A stretch of DNA of 64,000 bases from Antedon mediterranea (taxonomy: Eukaryota; Animalia; Echinodermata): assembly GCF_964355755.1 (NCBI RefSeq), contig NC_092672.1, positions 18,923,237-18,987,236 of the forward strand. The letters are read 5' to 3'. The notes under the pieces are model-generated. The model saw only the letters and a program-made list of their open reading frames with translations. It made no database searches and was not told where the DNA came from. Shown one piece after another: positions 24,823 to 39,100 of this stretch (the stretch's first letter is position 1; each line of letters starts with the position of its first letter). The position numbers and the translations under genes were made by a program.

Positions 24823-25862
24823 TATATATCAATATATTAGTAGTAATAATTAGTAGTATTAGTTAGTATAGAGTAATTATTTGTAATGTTGATTTTGTTA
24901 GGGGTTGAAGGGTGCTAAACTTAAATTATTTTATATTTAATAGGTTTGTGATTAAATAATTATTAATTAGTGGAAATTTGCAATGATTATTGATATTTTT
25001 AAAACAATTGATGAATGTTATAACAAGTTAATAAGTAATTATAGCTTATGCATGATGGGTGCTGAGCATATGAATTAATTTATAATAAAGTGCGGCTTTT
25101 ATTAATAACCTTGAATGTTAAGAAAACATAGACCGAATATGATAATGTTATGTTTAAAGTTAATCCATGTCTTACAGATAACAATTGTCTTTTACTGTGT
25201 CAGGGATGTACGTTTAAAACATTATGTAACCTATCTGAAATAGAATTTTTACATACAGTTTCTTCAAAGTACTTCCCATAATAGGTTTTCCCCAAAATGT
25301 TGTTAATTGTTACAATGACTTTTGACAGTTTTATCGTATAAACCATGTTCTGAAATTTTAGTTTAATTTTGATTGAATAATTATTATGAAGTAATATATT
25401 TTGTGCCAAAATCTAGCAATATTAAATAAAAATTGTTTGAACAGTGATTAAATGAAATACATATACATTGATTTCTTTACAATTGTTAGTATGCTGTAGA
25501 ATGGTTTCATTTAGTAGTGGCAGAATTGTGATGCTACGGTTGTGGGTGTAACGGATCAGGATTTCTAAAATACAGGTGCACCAAAAAATAGATAGATAGA
25601 TACCTACTATAGAGCGCGCATGTTGTCATAACGCGAATAAATTAATTAGTTAAAAAAACCTTCCCAGTACAATTGCGCATTTTTATTTAGACGCTATTTT
25701 AGGCGCAGTGCTGTTCCTATTGGATTCGAGAGGGTGGGAAATGTCATACTGATAAACCTTTCCAATACAATTCTGGTCATTGAGTACATGTGAAGCAGTA
25801 ATAATATTCGTAATAATGTTTGTAATCAACAACCACATTCCTACAAACTCTCTTAGATAGAA

Positions 25863-26592
25863 GACGCGTAGGCCTACATTATACGGCACAGATGCACATA
25901 CTGTTGACGCGTAGGCCTACATTATACGGAACAGATGCACATACTGTTGACGCGTAGGCCTACATTATACGGCACAGATGCACATACTGTTGACGCGTAG
26001 GCCTACATTATACGGAACAGATGCACATACTGTTGACGCGTAGGCCTACATTATACGGAACAGATGCACATACTGTTGACGCGTAGGCCTACATTATACG
26101 GAACAGATGCACATACTGTTGACGCGTAGGCCTACATTATACGGCACAGATGCACATACTGTTGACGCGTAGGCCTACATTATACGGCACAGATGCACAT
26201 ACTGTTGACGCGTAGGCCTACATTATACGGCACAGATGCACATACTGTTGACGCGTAGGCCTACATTATACGGCACAGATGCACATACTGTTGACGCGTA
26301 GGCCTACATTATACGGAACAGATGCACATACTGTTGACGCGTAGGCCTACATTATACGGCACAGATGCACATACTGTTGACGCGTAGGCCTACATTATAC
26401 GGCACAGATGCACATACTGTTGACGCGTAGGCCTACATTATACGGCACAGATGCACATACTGTTGACGCGTAGGCCTACATTATACGGCACAGATGCACA
26501 TACTGTTGACGCGTAGGCCTACATTATACGGCACAGATGCACATACTGTTGACGCGTAGCCTACATTATACGGCACAGATGCACATACTGTT
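25863..26592. repeat. 43-bp minisatellite, about 17 copies, upstream of GGT
   Basis: Unit GACGCGTAGGCCTACATTATACGG(C/A)ACAGATGCACATACTGTT. Confidence 0.97.
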
Positions 26593-27111
26593 TACTTTAA
26601 TATATTAGTACTTTTATTTTATTTGATTTGGTTCAACTTTCTATTGTTTTAAGGGGTTTTATAATTAATGTAATAATTATAATAATAACCTGTATTTATA
26701 AAACGGCTAATTTTATTCAAACACGTAAGTAGTTTCTTGTCAACCATTTAAATATAATTTAAAATTTCGCAGATTTTAATATTATACTATCTATATATAG
26801 ATTTTTCTTCACTTCACAGTTTAATTTAGTCTGTCTCACCATAATCTTCAGTATAGAACAAGTAATTCATATACATTCAACAAGAACAACTACCTTTATA
26901 TTTTATTATTAACGTAACGCCGTAAATGATAAATATTAAAACAGAAGGGCGCCTTCATGTTCCAAATTATGTACAGTATTCTACGTTTACTCTTGGTTAT
27001 ATAGCCTATGTACTTATTAACAGAACACCTTCAAAAACTAACAATCAGTTCCTAGTGTTTAAGGATATACTTTGAATGGGACAATAGATCAAAAGAAATA
27101 GTTCCTCGAGC

Positions 27112-30100
27112 ATGGGGAAAGACATAGCCAACGAGACTGGCGACGGAGATAATAAGTAAGTTTGTTTATTTCCATTTGTACAAATTTGTATTGGTATATT
27201 ATTAGGCCTTAAATAGAGAATGATGTCGATACTTGAAGCTTATTCGTGACATGGCCCGCCTCAATAGAAAGTCCGAGTGGAAGTTATTATGGTTTATTCA
27301 AATAAAGGCTAAATATATGGTTAAAATCATATATAAAGTTGAAAAGCATAAAAAAAAATACATTACATGGTATATGATGTAAATATACATTTTAAACGGA
27401 TAGGCCTAAAACAAATATTATTTTGCGACTACTTTTGTACAATATTGGGAGGTGAAGATTTAACCAAAAATAAACACATAAATCCAAACAGCTATTCTTT
27501 AATCAAATTCCACTTCTTGTATCACATGTTGTCAGTGATTTAAATTCAAATAATCTTTATTATTGCAATCAGTAAACAACACACTGTACATAAAAAGATA
27601 TTAACGTAGAAAAATAGGTAGCCATGGCCCGCACAATAATCATTTGTATACAATCAAAAATAATTATTAACATTATCACTTGTGTCAATGGCAGCCATAA
27701 TCTGACTTGTGTGATTCATTACCCGCCAGCAAATAAAATCTAAAAAATATTATTATGATATAATTATATTCAAAGTCATATACACAGACCTTTATATAAT
27801 AATATAGTGCTGTTCCGCCGTACCCCGCCGAGAATGTGAAAGAGTCGCTATCCAATCGAGTTTGAACAATACCATGAAAGCCCCAGTGGTCTAATGGTTA
27901 GGACAGCTGCATATCAAGTAGATATGTTCGAATCTCGGGTTTTCTCATTCTCACAGATTTCCTCATCTTTATCGTTTCAAATGAATTAATTAATTAAATT
28001 TCAGTACATCACCGGGCGGTTTAGAATTAATGTTCTATGCCTGATGTGTTTATATATATAAAAGTATCTCTTTGGAGTTCCCGCTTCGTGAATAAAATAC
28101 TGAAAGATGAGGGCATATCAATTTGATCTCTGGTGCGCGTGCGTACAATTGAGCGACTAGTTCTGTATCAAGCAGAAGGTCCGGGTTCGAGTCTCGGTTG
28201 GGTCGACTTTTTCTCATTCTTACAGATTTCCGTATCTTATCGTTTCAAATATATATTTGGTTCTGCCACTGTTGCTATGGACATCACATTTTATGAAAAG
28301 GAGTCCTTACTTAGACCATATGTGACTGATCTCCATTCATACACAGGACTCCACGGACTTCATCCGGAAATTAACCAAATTCAAAATTTACCTAATGATT
28401 CTGTTAGTTCTGGCTACATTAGATGATTTATCGTTGTTTACTATCCGAAGAAGGAGCCGACGTATGTATTTTAAATTAGAAACAAATTCCAGTCAAAACG
28501 CCTACTAAAGCTCATGTACGAGAACTGGTCATGTTAATTTTAACCAACAACAATTTTGTTTTTGGAAATGACCATTACCTTCAAATCTTTTGCAAATTTA
28601 TTTATGGGACAATTTGTGGCCAATTTTCTGTCCCTCTAACCCAATAAACCACTTGTTTGGTTTAGATACATTGACGACATCTTCATGATCTGGACCCATG
28701 GTGAAGATAATTTGGAATCTTTTCTTCTTAATATTAATTCAGCCCACTCAACTATCAAATTTACAGCTACTAAATCCACTAGTAGGCAGTAGCGTTAATT
28801 TTTTGGACACTATAGTGACCATAGCAAATGGTACACTCAAACTGACCTATTCCGTAAACCCACGGATAAAAATATGTACCTGCTCCCTAGCAGTTGTCAT
28901 CCCCGACACTGTATTAAAAACATATCGTACAGTCAAGAATTACGTATCAGACGTATCTGTTCTTCAGATTTAGATCTTCAGAATCGTACCGAAGAACTAA
29001 CCGGACATCTCCGGAATAGAAATTACAAGAAGAAATACATCAAAACTACTATAAAGAAAGCAAGATATTCCTCGACGTACAAACCACGTCAGCCAAATTC
29101 GACCAGAGTGCCATTGGTCACAACCTATCACCCTAGGTTGCCTCCATTACGGGCTATTATTGAGAAACATATGCCCATTCTACAGTCCACAGAACGTCTC
29201 AGGACTGTTTTTCCGGAACCACCCATTATTGCATTTCGTAGACCTCCAAACCTTCGTGATATATTAGTCAGATCCAAATTTAAGAGTGAAATTAACTCTC
29301 ATGACAGCCACAATTTGAGCAGTCGCCTTTGCGGCAAATCTTGCAAAACATGTTAATTGGTTGATTCTACTGAAAAATTTAACAGTAACCAAACTGGCCG
29401 CATTTTTCGGACAGGACAATCTACAAAAAAATGTCATTTATCTCATATAATGTAATATTTGTGGTAAACAGTACGTCGAGGAAACAAAAAACACTCTCCG
29501 TATAATAATGACACAACACAGATCAGCTAGCAAAACATTAAAGTTTGATCAACCTGTAGCCGAACATTTTAATTCAGCTGGTCACTCGATTGTAAATTTC
29601 AGAGTTATTGTAATAGACCACGATGTAAAATGGAGCGACAAAACTCGCAAAGACAAAGAAAACCACTGCGTATTACTACTTAAAACCACAAAACCTTTTG
29701 GACTTAACATTAGGAACATACTCCCAGATCGGTAAAATTATTCCATTGACTACCAACATTTAAGTTTCAATATTAACCACCATTTTAGCTGTTTTTAGTT
29801 CCATTCCAAAATTGTTTATATCTCTACCAAGCTACCTACTTTGTTTTCTATTTTTATTCAGATTCCACCCTGTCACCCTTTGTTGTATTTCTTTTATTCC
29901 TGTCCACCCAGACAGCACTTGCCAGTTCTTATACTATGACTTTATCCAAATTCCTTCACTTGCACTGATGAAGGGCTAGTGTTGCCCGAAAGCTCTGCCT
30001 AACTTTTCTGGCTGTTTTACTTTAACTTAGTTTCTTGCTTTTGTGTATCTCCATTGAGATCCAGCCACTGATACCACAGCATTGTCATTTTTTTCAGTGA

Positions 30101-33100
30101 TTTGCCTTTGATTTATATATATATATATACATCAAAGGCACAGATATATATATATATATATCCAAAGGCAATATATAAATTAATGAGTTTACGATATACA
30201 AAACTTACAAATGAAAAACAAAATCACGAGGTTGAATATTGATACGAACAGATACAACACGTCTAACTTCTATTAGTGTTGGTTTAAGTGGAGTGAGTCA
30301 GCGTGGAGTGAGTCAGCTAAAATCCGATTAAATATCCCGGATAGACTAATGATTTAACAAAAAAATGTTCAATACAAAATTCAATGACAAGAAAGAGATT
30401 GAGGTATCAGAACCATCATGGAACTATATTCAAAATCAAATAAATTATAAAAAAATGATATTACATGAGGACCCAAAGTTAGTTTTATTATATAGCGCAC
30501 ATTTCTATGATATGTCATAGAATAGGCCCTAATCAGCAGCGCTTTACAATCATACATTGGTTGAAACATGGTGGAAATAAATAAGTCTTACTTATTTTCC
30601 TCTATGATTAAAAAAAAAGTCTTTAATTCAGCAAATTATTTCAGATTTTGTTCCAGCAACGGAAAACGAGAGGTCAGTCAATTGATTTTGCTTAATTGAG
30701 GAATTGTCAGTTTGTCAGCTAGTAGGCCTAATATTTGTTATAATGGAGGAGTACTGGCAGTTATGTACAGTAATTCTGAAAAGAACTTTTGAGCTTCTCG
30801 ACGTTGCGATCAATTGCTCTCGTCGATCGTTGAGGCATTTTGATCACACAACAAACTCACAGATGGAAATTATTTTCTTATCTGGGATCTATGATGTTTT
30901 ACAAAATGTGATTAATGAATGTTGTTTGCTATTGTCTTAGGAAAAAAGAAATAAATAAATGGCAAGTTGCAGTTCTTATCTTATTGTGTCTTGGAGTGAT
31001 TGCTGGTGTCATTATTGGAACGTTATTTGCACGTGAATGGGAATCATACGAATACAAACATGCTGCGGTTGCTTCAGACAATCCACAGTGCTCAACGATA
31101 GGCAAGTAAGTCGTGATCATAACGATCAAATCGTAGTGGCACCACTAACATACATGTTCTTATACACTGCGTGTGTGACATAGTTCAATGTACGGTGTTA
31201 CATGTAAAAACCATTTAAACAATATATAATACTCGAGAATCTGTCATCGAATTTTGAGACGGCTCACTGATTTATCCGGAAAAATGGCATGTGCCTAAAA
31301 GACAAACTCATAACATTTCTCTTCAAAATTTAAAATTTGTTATTATTATTCTTTATTTATATTTATTTTTTTATTAGTATTTAAATTTTTCTTCATAGTA
31401 TTAAAAACGGTGAACGTAATATCGTTTCTTTAAAGTTTCCCAGAAAATGAACAGACTTAACGTCAACAGTTAATAGTATTTGCAGAGGACACATATCATA
31501 CTAACGTAAAGTCTATTTTTTTTACATAGGGATATATTAAAACAAGGGGGGAATGCAGTTGACGCAGCAATCTCAACACTGTTATGTGTAGGACTCCACA
31601 ATGCGCATAGTGCTGGCATTGGGGGTGGTAGTTTCATGATCATTGCAGACAAGAAGAAAGAAGACCAGTCTTACAGAATGTACGCATTTGACTTCCGTGA
31701 AGAAGCGCCAGGACAAGCAAACCAAAACATGTTTGTCAACGATACAACAGATGCTTCAGTTTATGGTAAGGATCAGTTTAACAATGACAACATAATGTTT
31801 TTATTTTAAACGATAATCTTCGTAAATTACCTTTTTATTATACATATAAGCTTCTTATCTTTAAACAATCCATGTTTATTATAACTTTAATTTCCATTTC
31901 AAATTTCCATTAAGTCTATTATATGCATTTTTAAATTGAACTAGATCTTTATGATTTAAATAACTTGAGATTCAACTTTTCGTTAAGTTATGTGAACCAA
32001 AGTCTGCAGATTCATTCATTCATTACTCATATCATATTTTCGTATTTAAATCGATCCATTTTAATCGAACAATCTACACAATTATAAATAATAATCAAAT
32101 ATCGTAATTGTAATCAAATATTTTAGGTGGCCTAGCTATTGGTGTTCCTGGTGAAGTAAATGGCTATTGGACTGTACACAAGAAGCATGGTCGTCTGCCG
32201 TGGAAGAATTTATTTGTTCCTAATATTGAATTAGCTCGAAATGGTTTCACCGTCAATAAGGCCCTTGCAAATGCTATCAGAGGCAAAAAAGATATCATAG
32301 AGGAAGATCCTAGCCTAAGGTAGGTATACAGTAGGAGTAAGAAGGCAACTACTGATAATTGTATTAATAGAATAGTAAATGTTACAGAGTAGTTGTTGGT
32401 AAGTTAGCATATCATTAAACTATTAAGATCCTAGTCTGAGGTAGGTGGAGGATTCATGTTAATGTTCCTTAATAAAATAATAAATGTTATAGACCTATAG
32501 TATTGTTGGCAAATTGGCATGCCGTAAGATGGAATTATTATTGTGACATCAACAAGAAAAAATCATTGTTTTTTTTTTATTGTAATGGAAAAAGTTCACG
32601 GTGAAAACCAATACCACAGGTCGGTTTATTCTACGACCTCATCTGTAATTATCACATTTACAAAGTGTAGACCTCGTATCTTTTACAATAATTAACCATT
32701 ACCGAAGCTTGTCTACAAACAATCAGGACTTATCTCTATTAGTCTTGTAAACTGATAACCTTAGACCCCAAATTATCTCGGTAAGTACTTGTACTAGTCT
32801 ATCATAGACCAACTTAATCCAAGTGGTAGATTGAGGCTCCTCAGTGTGAAAACAAATCGATTTGCTAAATCCTTTATTCCCTCCGATATCATCCAGTACA
32901 ACCATGGAGTAATTACTCCATGGTACAACAGAAAGTCAAGAAGATAATTTTATCTTGTAATTTTTTAGATGTTTTTATATGAATAGTTTTATGCTATATT
33001 TGTTTTTATTGTGTTTTCTTTGTTATTATGATGAGCAATGAATTTCCTTTTTGAGGATCAATAAAAGTTATCTTATCTTATCTTATCTTAGCCAGACACG

Positions 33101-36100
33101 TAACAGGCAATGAACATATTGTACAAATAAAAAAACAACTAGCAGTAACCAGTGCATGGTCTTTTCTGCCTTAATATGTGGCCTATACTTTGCATGTATA
33201 ATAAAAGCGCACTCTGATAAAAGTACTTTGACAAATTATCAAAATAAAAAAAACTTGTAGGCCTATCAAGAATCAATTTCGGAACTGTTTTATGGCCATT
33301 AATTTTTGTATGCACTGTCCCTTCACTTTAAAAATGAGATTAATACTGGATATGGAACTTTAGACTTTACTTTTTACTGTTCAGACTTTACGAAAATAAA
33401 AGACGCTGAACAAAAATTGTGCTGTGTGAATTAGTTAGATGATGCGCTCAAACACTAACGAAAGTATAAAATATCAAACTATATTTCGTTTCGTGTTTTT
33501 CGTGGTGTATTCATTATTTGATTTTCATGTTCAACAATGTATCTAACAATTTGGAATTGTTTTGTTTGTTTGTGTGTGTGTTTTTTTCCATTTCCATTTT
33601 TTGTTATTTCAATGGTTTTAATATTTTGCAATTTTTGTTGGTTTGGGTGATTTTGTATTCTAGAAATAGCCTGTGCTCCACACGGTCTTGTCTACCTTAA
33701 TAATCATTCGAATGGGATGGTTAAGTATTAGGCCTATAAAAGCGCAATACTGGATGTTGCACTTTGTGCTGTGTGAATATTAATTAGGGTACGCATCATC
33801 ATCAGTTGGCAGATTAAAACATGTTAAAGATAAAATATAAATATGAATTAAGTTATAGAATTAAGAATATTGGAATAATAAAACGGACTTCAAAATCAAC
33901 ACAAAATGTGCACTCACTACTCGAAATTAGATGATGCGCTCGTCAGACAAAAACTTTTATATCTGATATTTTGTGAAAACACGACTTCGGAATCATCATT
34001 ATATTTGTATGTGTGTGTGCTTTTTGTTAACATTAGTAGCATTAATATATAGATGACCTTAATATTCACAAACAAAACATAAATTTTCATAGTGAAATCT
34101 AAAATTTAGCAAATTTACATTTCATGTTCATTTGTGTGACCGATTCCTTTCCATGTTCATTTTGTTTGACCGATTCCTTTCCATGTTCATTTGTGCGATC
34201 GATTGATTTCCATTTCCATGCTCATTTGTGTGACAGATTCCTTTCCATGTTCATTTTGTTTGACCGATTCCTTTCCATGTTCATTTGTGCGATCGATTCA
34301 TTTCTGTGCTTTATTTTGATGTTTTCATTGGTATAATGTGATTGTTTTCAGCGTTCATTTGTATGAATGTGGTTCTTTTCAGTGTTTATTTGTGTTTTGT
34401 GTTTTTTGTTTTTACTATCCTGTGTTATATTAAATTAGTTCTATCTCAATGTTCACTGTAAGATTGTATTACATCATCACTGTTAATTTATTAAAAAGGT
34501 TAGTTTATGTGCATTTGCTATAAATTCCTATTTTGACATTCTTTTTACAGTGAAGTGTTTGTGCACCCCGATGGACGATTGTTTGAGGAAGGAGATACTA
34601 TGTACCGATTGAAATTAGCAAGGACGTACGAGAGGATTGCAAACGAAGGAGGGGATGAATTTTACCAAGGAGAATTAGCTGAAGACATTGTAAAAGATAT
34701 TAATGATAGAGGTATTGCTCGTATTTGTAGGTTTTAATGGCTCTGAAAAAACTTTCACTCATTTTGCTTTTATTTATTGTAGGCGCCATTTCCATAGCTC
34801 TTTGACAAAACAAGATAAAAAAATCCATCAAAAACAAACGGAACAGAAAACAGCAAAAACAATCCAGGTCCCCTGTATATGCTACGACCAGGCATTTGAA
34901 CACGGACACTTGTTTCTTTAAAGAATTGAGTGTTCATCACCAGTTCATCTTTTGATGAAATGTAATATATGGAAGATGGTGTGATACTTTTGAAACATTC
35001 AACTAGATCCCACATAAAATGTTACGCGTGCTCAACCTGTTATTCATTTACCGCGTAGGTGGCAAAACACCAAATTTTACCAAAGTTATAAATAATTCGT
35101 ATTTATTTGTTTCAGATGGAATTATCACCTTAGAGGATTTGAATAACTACTCATGTAAAGAACGAAAACCTATATCAATCACCATCACTACGACAAATGA
35201 AGAGAAGTCACTTCGAATGTTTTCTCTGCCACCACCGTCAAGTGGAGCAGTCATGGCTTTGATACTAAATATTCTGGATGGTTAGTGCAATCAATTGACC
35301 TAAATTAATTAAGGAACCTTAGTGTTTTATGATATGATTTTGAAACACATTTCCCTGTTTGGATGATTGTTTGCTACAGTTAGCTACACAAGTCTTTAGT
35401 TAATCAACTTTAATCATATTTAAATCAAAATACACGAAAACAAATTATCAAAGCACAAATTAATATAAATATTTTACTTCTAACTTTAGCATTTTCAAAC
35501 TCCTTTTAACTTTACCTTATTATATGTCTTACTTTGTCTCTTGTGTGTGCCTCCTGTAGCCCAACCCTTAGTTTGTCTCTTGTGTGTGCCTCCTGTAGCC
35601 CAACCCTTGTTTGTCTCTTGTGTGTGCCTCCTGTATCCCAACCCTTGTTTGTCTCGTGTGTGTGCCTCCTGTAGCCCAACCCTTGTTTGTCTCGTGTGTG
35701 TGCCTCCTGTAGCCCAACCCTTGTTTGTCTCGTGTGTGTGCCTCCTGTAGCCCAACCCTTAGTTTGTCTCTTGTGTGTGCCTCCTGTAGCCCAACCCTTG
35801 TTTGTCTCTTGTGTGTGCCTCCTGTATCCCAACCCTTGTTTGTCTCGTGTGTGTGCCTCCTGTAGCCCAACCCTTGTTTGTCTCGTGTGTGTGCCTCCTG
35901 TAGCCCAACCCTTGTTTGTCTCTTGTGTGTGCCTCCTGTAGCCCAACCCTTGTTTGTCTCTTGTGTGTGCCTCCTGTAGCCCAACCCTTGTTTGTCTCGT
36001 GTGTGTGCCTCCTGTAGCCCAACCCTTGTTTGTCTCGTGTGTGTGCCTCCTGTAGCCCAACCCTTGTTTGTCTCGTGTGTGTGCCCCTGTAGCCCAACCC

Positions 36101-39100
36101 TTGTTTGTCTCGTGTGTGTGCCTCCTGTAGCCCAACCCTTGTTTGTCTCGTGTGTGTGCCTCCTGTAGCCCAACCCTTGTTTGTCTCGTGTGTGTGCCTC
36201 CTGTAGCCCAACCCTTGTTTGTCTCTTGTGTGTGCCTCCTGTAGCCCAACCCTTGTTTGTCTCTTGTGTGTGCCTCCTGTAGCCCAACCCTTGTTTGTCT
36301 CGTGTGTGTGCCTCCTGTAGCCCAACCCTTGTTTGTCTCGTGTGTGTGCCTCCTGTAGCCCAACCCTTGTTTGTCTCGTGTGTGTGCCCCTGTAGCCCAA
36401 CCCTTGTTTGTCTCGTGTGTGTGCCTCCTGTAGCCCAACCCTTGTTTGTCTCGTGTGTGTGCCTCCTGTAGCCCAACCCTTGTTTGTCTCGTGTGTGTGC
36501 CTCCTGTAGCCCAACCCTTGTTTGTCTCGTGTGTGAGTGTGCCTCCTGTAGCCCAACCCTTGTTTGTCTCTTGTGTGTGCCTCCTGTAGCCCAACCCTTG
36601 TTTGTCTCGTGTGTGTGCCTCCTGTAGCCCAACCCTTGTTTGTCTCGTGTATGTGCCTCCTGTAGCCCAACCCTTGTTTGTCTCGTGTATGTGCCTCCTG
36701 TAGCCCAACCCTTGTTTGTCTCTTGTGTGTGCCTCCTGTAGCCCAACCCTTGTTTGTCTCTTGTGTGTGCTTCCTGTAGCCCAACCCTTGTTTGTCTCGT
36801 GTGTGTGCCTCCTGTAGCCCAACCCGTGTTTGTCTCGTGTGTGTGCCTCCTGTAGCCCAACCCTTGTTTGTCTCTTGTGTGTGCCTCCTGTAGCCCAACC
36901 CTTGTTTGTCTCTTGTGTGTGCTTCCTGTAGCCCAACCCTTGTTTGTCTCGTGTGTGTGCCTCCTGTAGGCCAACCCTTGTTTGTCTCGTGTGTGTGCCT
37001 CCTGTAGCCCAACCCTTGTTTGTCTCTTGTGTGTGCCTCCTGTAGCCCAACCCTTGTTTGTCTCTGTCCATAAGTTTGATTCTAATTTTTTTTTCTGATG
37101 GAACCAGTGCTAAAGTTTCAGACACAACGGAAACCCGCTGTATAATCTTTATTTTATGTATTATATTTATTATTTAAGAATACTCTGTGTGTATAAACTG
37201 AATAACTTTAATACATAGCCTGAGTATTCCTGAATGATATCGACTGCATTAATTGGCAGCTGATATCTTCTTCTCTTTTTTACTTGAGTGATTATGCTGA
37301 GCAACATACTTTTATTTAGTGAGTAAACAGTAGGCCAATGCTTATTGGTACGTTCTCGAGGAGCCAAATCGACAACTTAGTCAGATTAGCCCAATTATTA
37401 TACAAACATATCATAATAAACATTTTAATCAAATATCAAATATTTAACTTGGCACTAAATATATTTGAAGGACGTTTTCCCAATAAATTTGTATTAGGTC
37501 AAGTGAAACGACGTTACGTTCACTCCACCCGTAGGTCTATATCTGTCTGAACTTTATCCTTCCGACATTATTGTTTATTAGAGGGCTATCGCTTTACAAA
37601 CCAAATCTAATTTGGCAGAAAGGCCATTCATTTTATTAAACTTATTTCTAGGATCATTCTCATCTGGTTGTTTTGGAACTAAGTCCACAGATACAAACTA
37701 TATATTTTTTTAAATACGTCTAGTCTGATTATTAAACAAAACCAAATTGAACTTTGTCAAATTAGATTTATTAATAACAACACTAAGCTAACAATCTACA
37801 GATCATATTGCTTTTAAGATAACAAAAAATGGTTGATAAAGTACTTACATACTTACTTTATAGTGCAATTAAGAAAAATAGTTTTTTAAAAGCTAAATAT
37901 ATTATTCCCTTTACCTCCTATATTAACTTTTACATGTTATTATTTTCATTACTAAATATGATACAAAACCAAAGAGTTTATCAAGATTATCATAAGAAAT
38001 TTGCGAATCTTACTAACCTTATCTCCGATAATGATGTGAAAGATAAATAAAAATATTAAAAATAAAGATTGCAGACAACCATTATTACAGACAACCAACT
38101 TCACCGGGACCATATGAATTAGGCCAACGTATTAAATAAATAAATAAATAAATAAACAATGTATTTTCTCCACCGTTTTATTCAGAGTCACTCATGTAGG
38201 CTTATAATGTTCTTTTCATCGGTTATTCTATCTTTATCACGTTACTTGTTTCCACATCTTGATTCAAATGACAAATATAAATTAAATAAGATAGTAAAGG
38301 GTTTGATTTCTGTCAAATATATTGATAATTTCAACATTTATTACAAAATCCCACACACATCTGCTCCATAGAGATATCCTAGTAACAGATCAGGTAGAGT
38401 AGGCCTAAGGCTTGCACAAAAAAAACAAAAGACTTTAAGAATTTATTTTTAGTCGCGTGCAACGCGACTCTACAGCTCACTATGTCGGTCGGTTGGTTGG
38501 TTGGTTGGTCGGTCGGTAAACACTAACTTGTATATGACCTTGTCTTGATATCAGTTTAATCTCATAAATTTCTAAGGGCATAAATCATCATATGGCAATA
38601 CAATTACGTGCGTAGCGCATGTAACGCATGCGTACGCGCTCTTAAAATTTTCAAAATTGTCAAAATTTATTTTCGATGAAATAAGAGTACGTTTCAGGCA
38701 GTTTTAAGCGTTAAAAAAATTGCCATGCGTGCGCAGATGTTTGCATGCGCACTGCGCGTTAAATGTTAATACGCACTCTTTTTGCCCGATTTCTGTTTTC
38801 TTAACTCACTTTTCAACTCGACATTACGTTATACGAGCACGTCAAAAGTCACAGACTACGCACGTGTAAATTAAAAAAAATATAAATGTTTTTAAACATT
38901 TTCAACATTTTTAAACATGTTCAGCAATTTCGGTCGATTGGTCGGTCGGTAAACACTAACTTGAGAACGCGACTGCAGCCATCTATATGGCCTTGTTATA
39001 TAATAGTGTAAACATCTTCAACTCAAATTTCACTAGATTTTTTTTTCATGTTGTTGTCCTCTTGGTTTTTAGCAATACAGCATGTTTCTCAGACAATTGA

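Noticed and set aside
35495-37125. Long ORFs of 417-537 aa on the minus strand
   Set aside because: Translations of a 38-bp minisatellite that lacks stops; open in all three frames, intronic and antisense to GGT.
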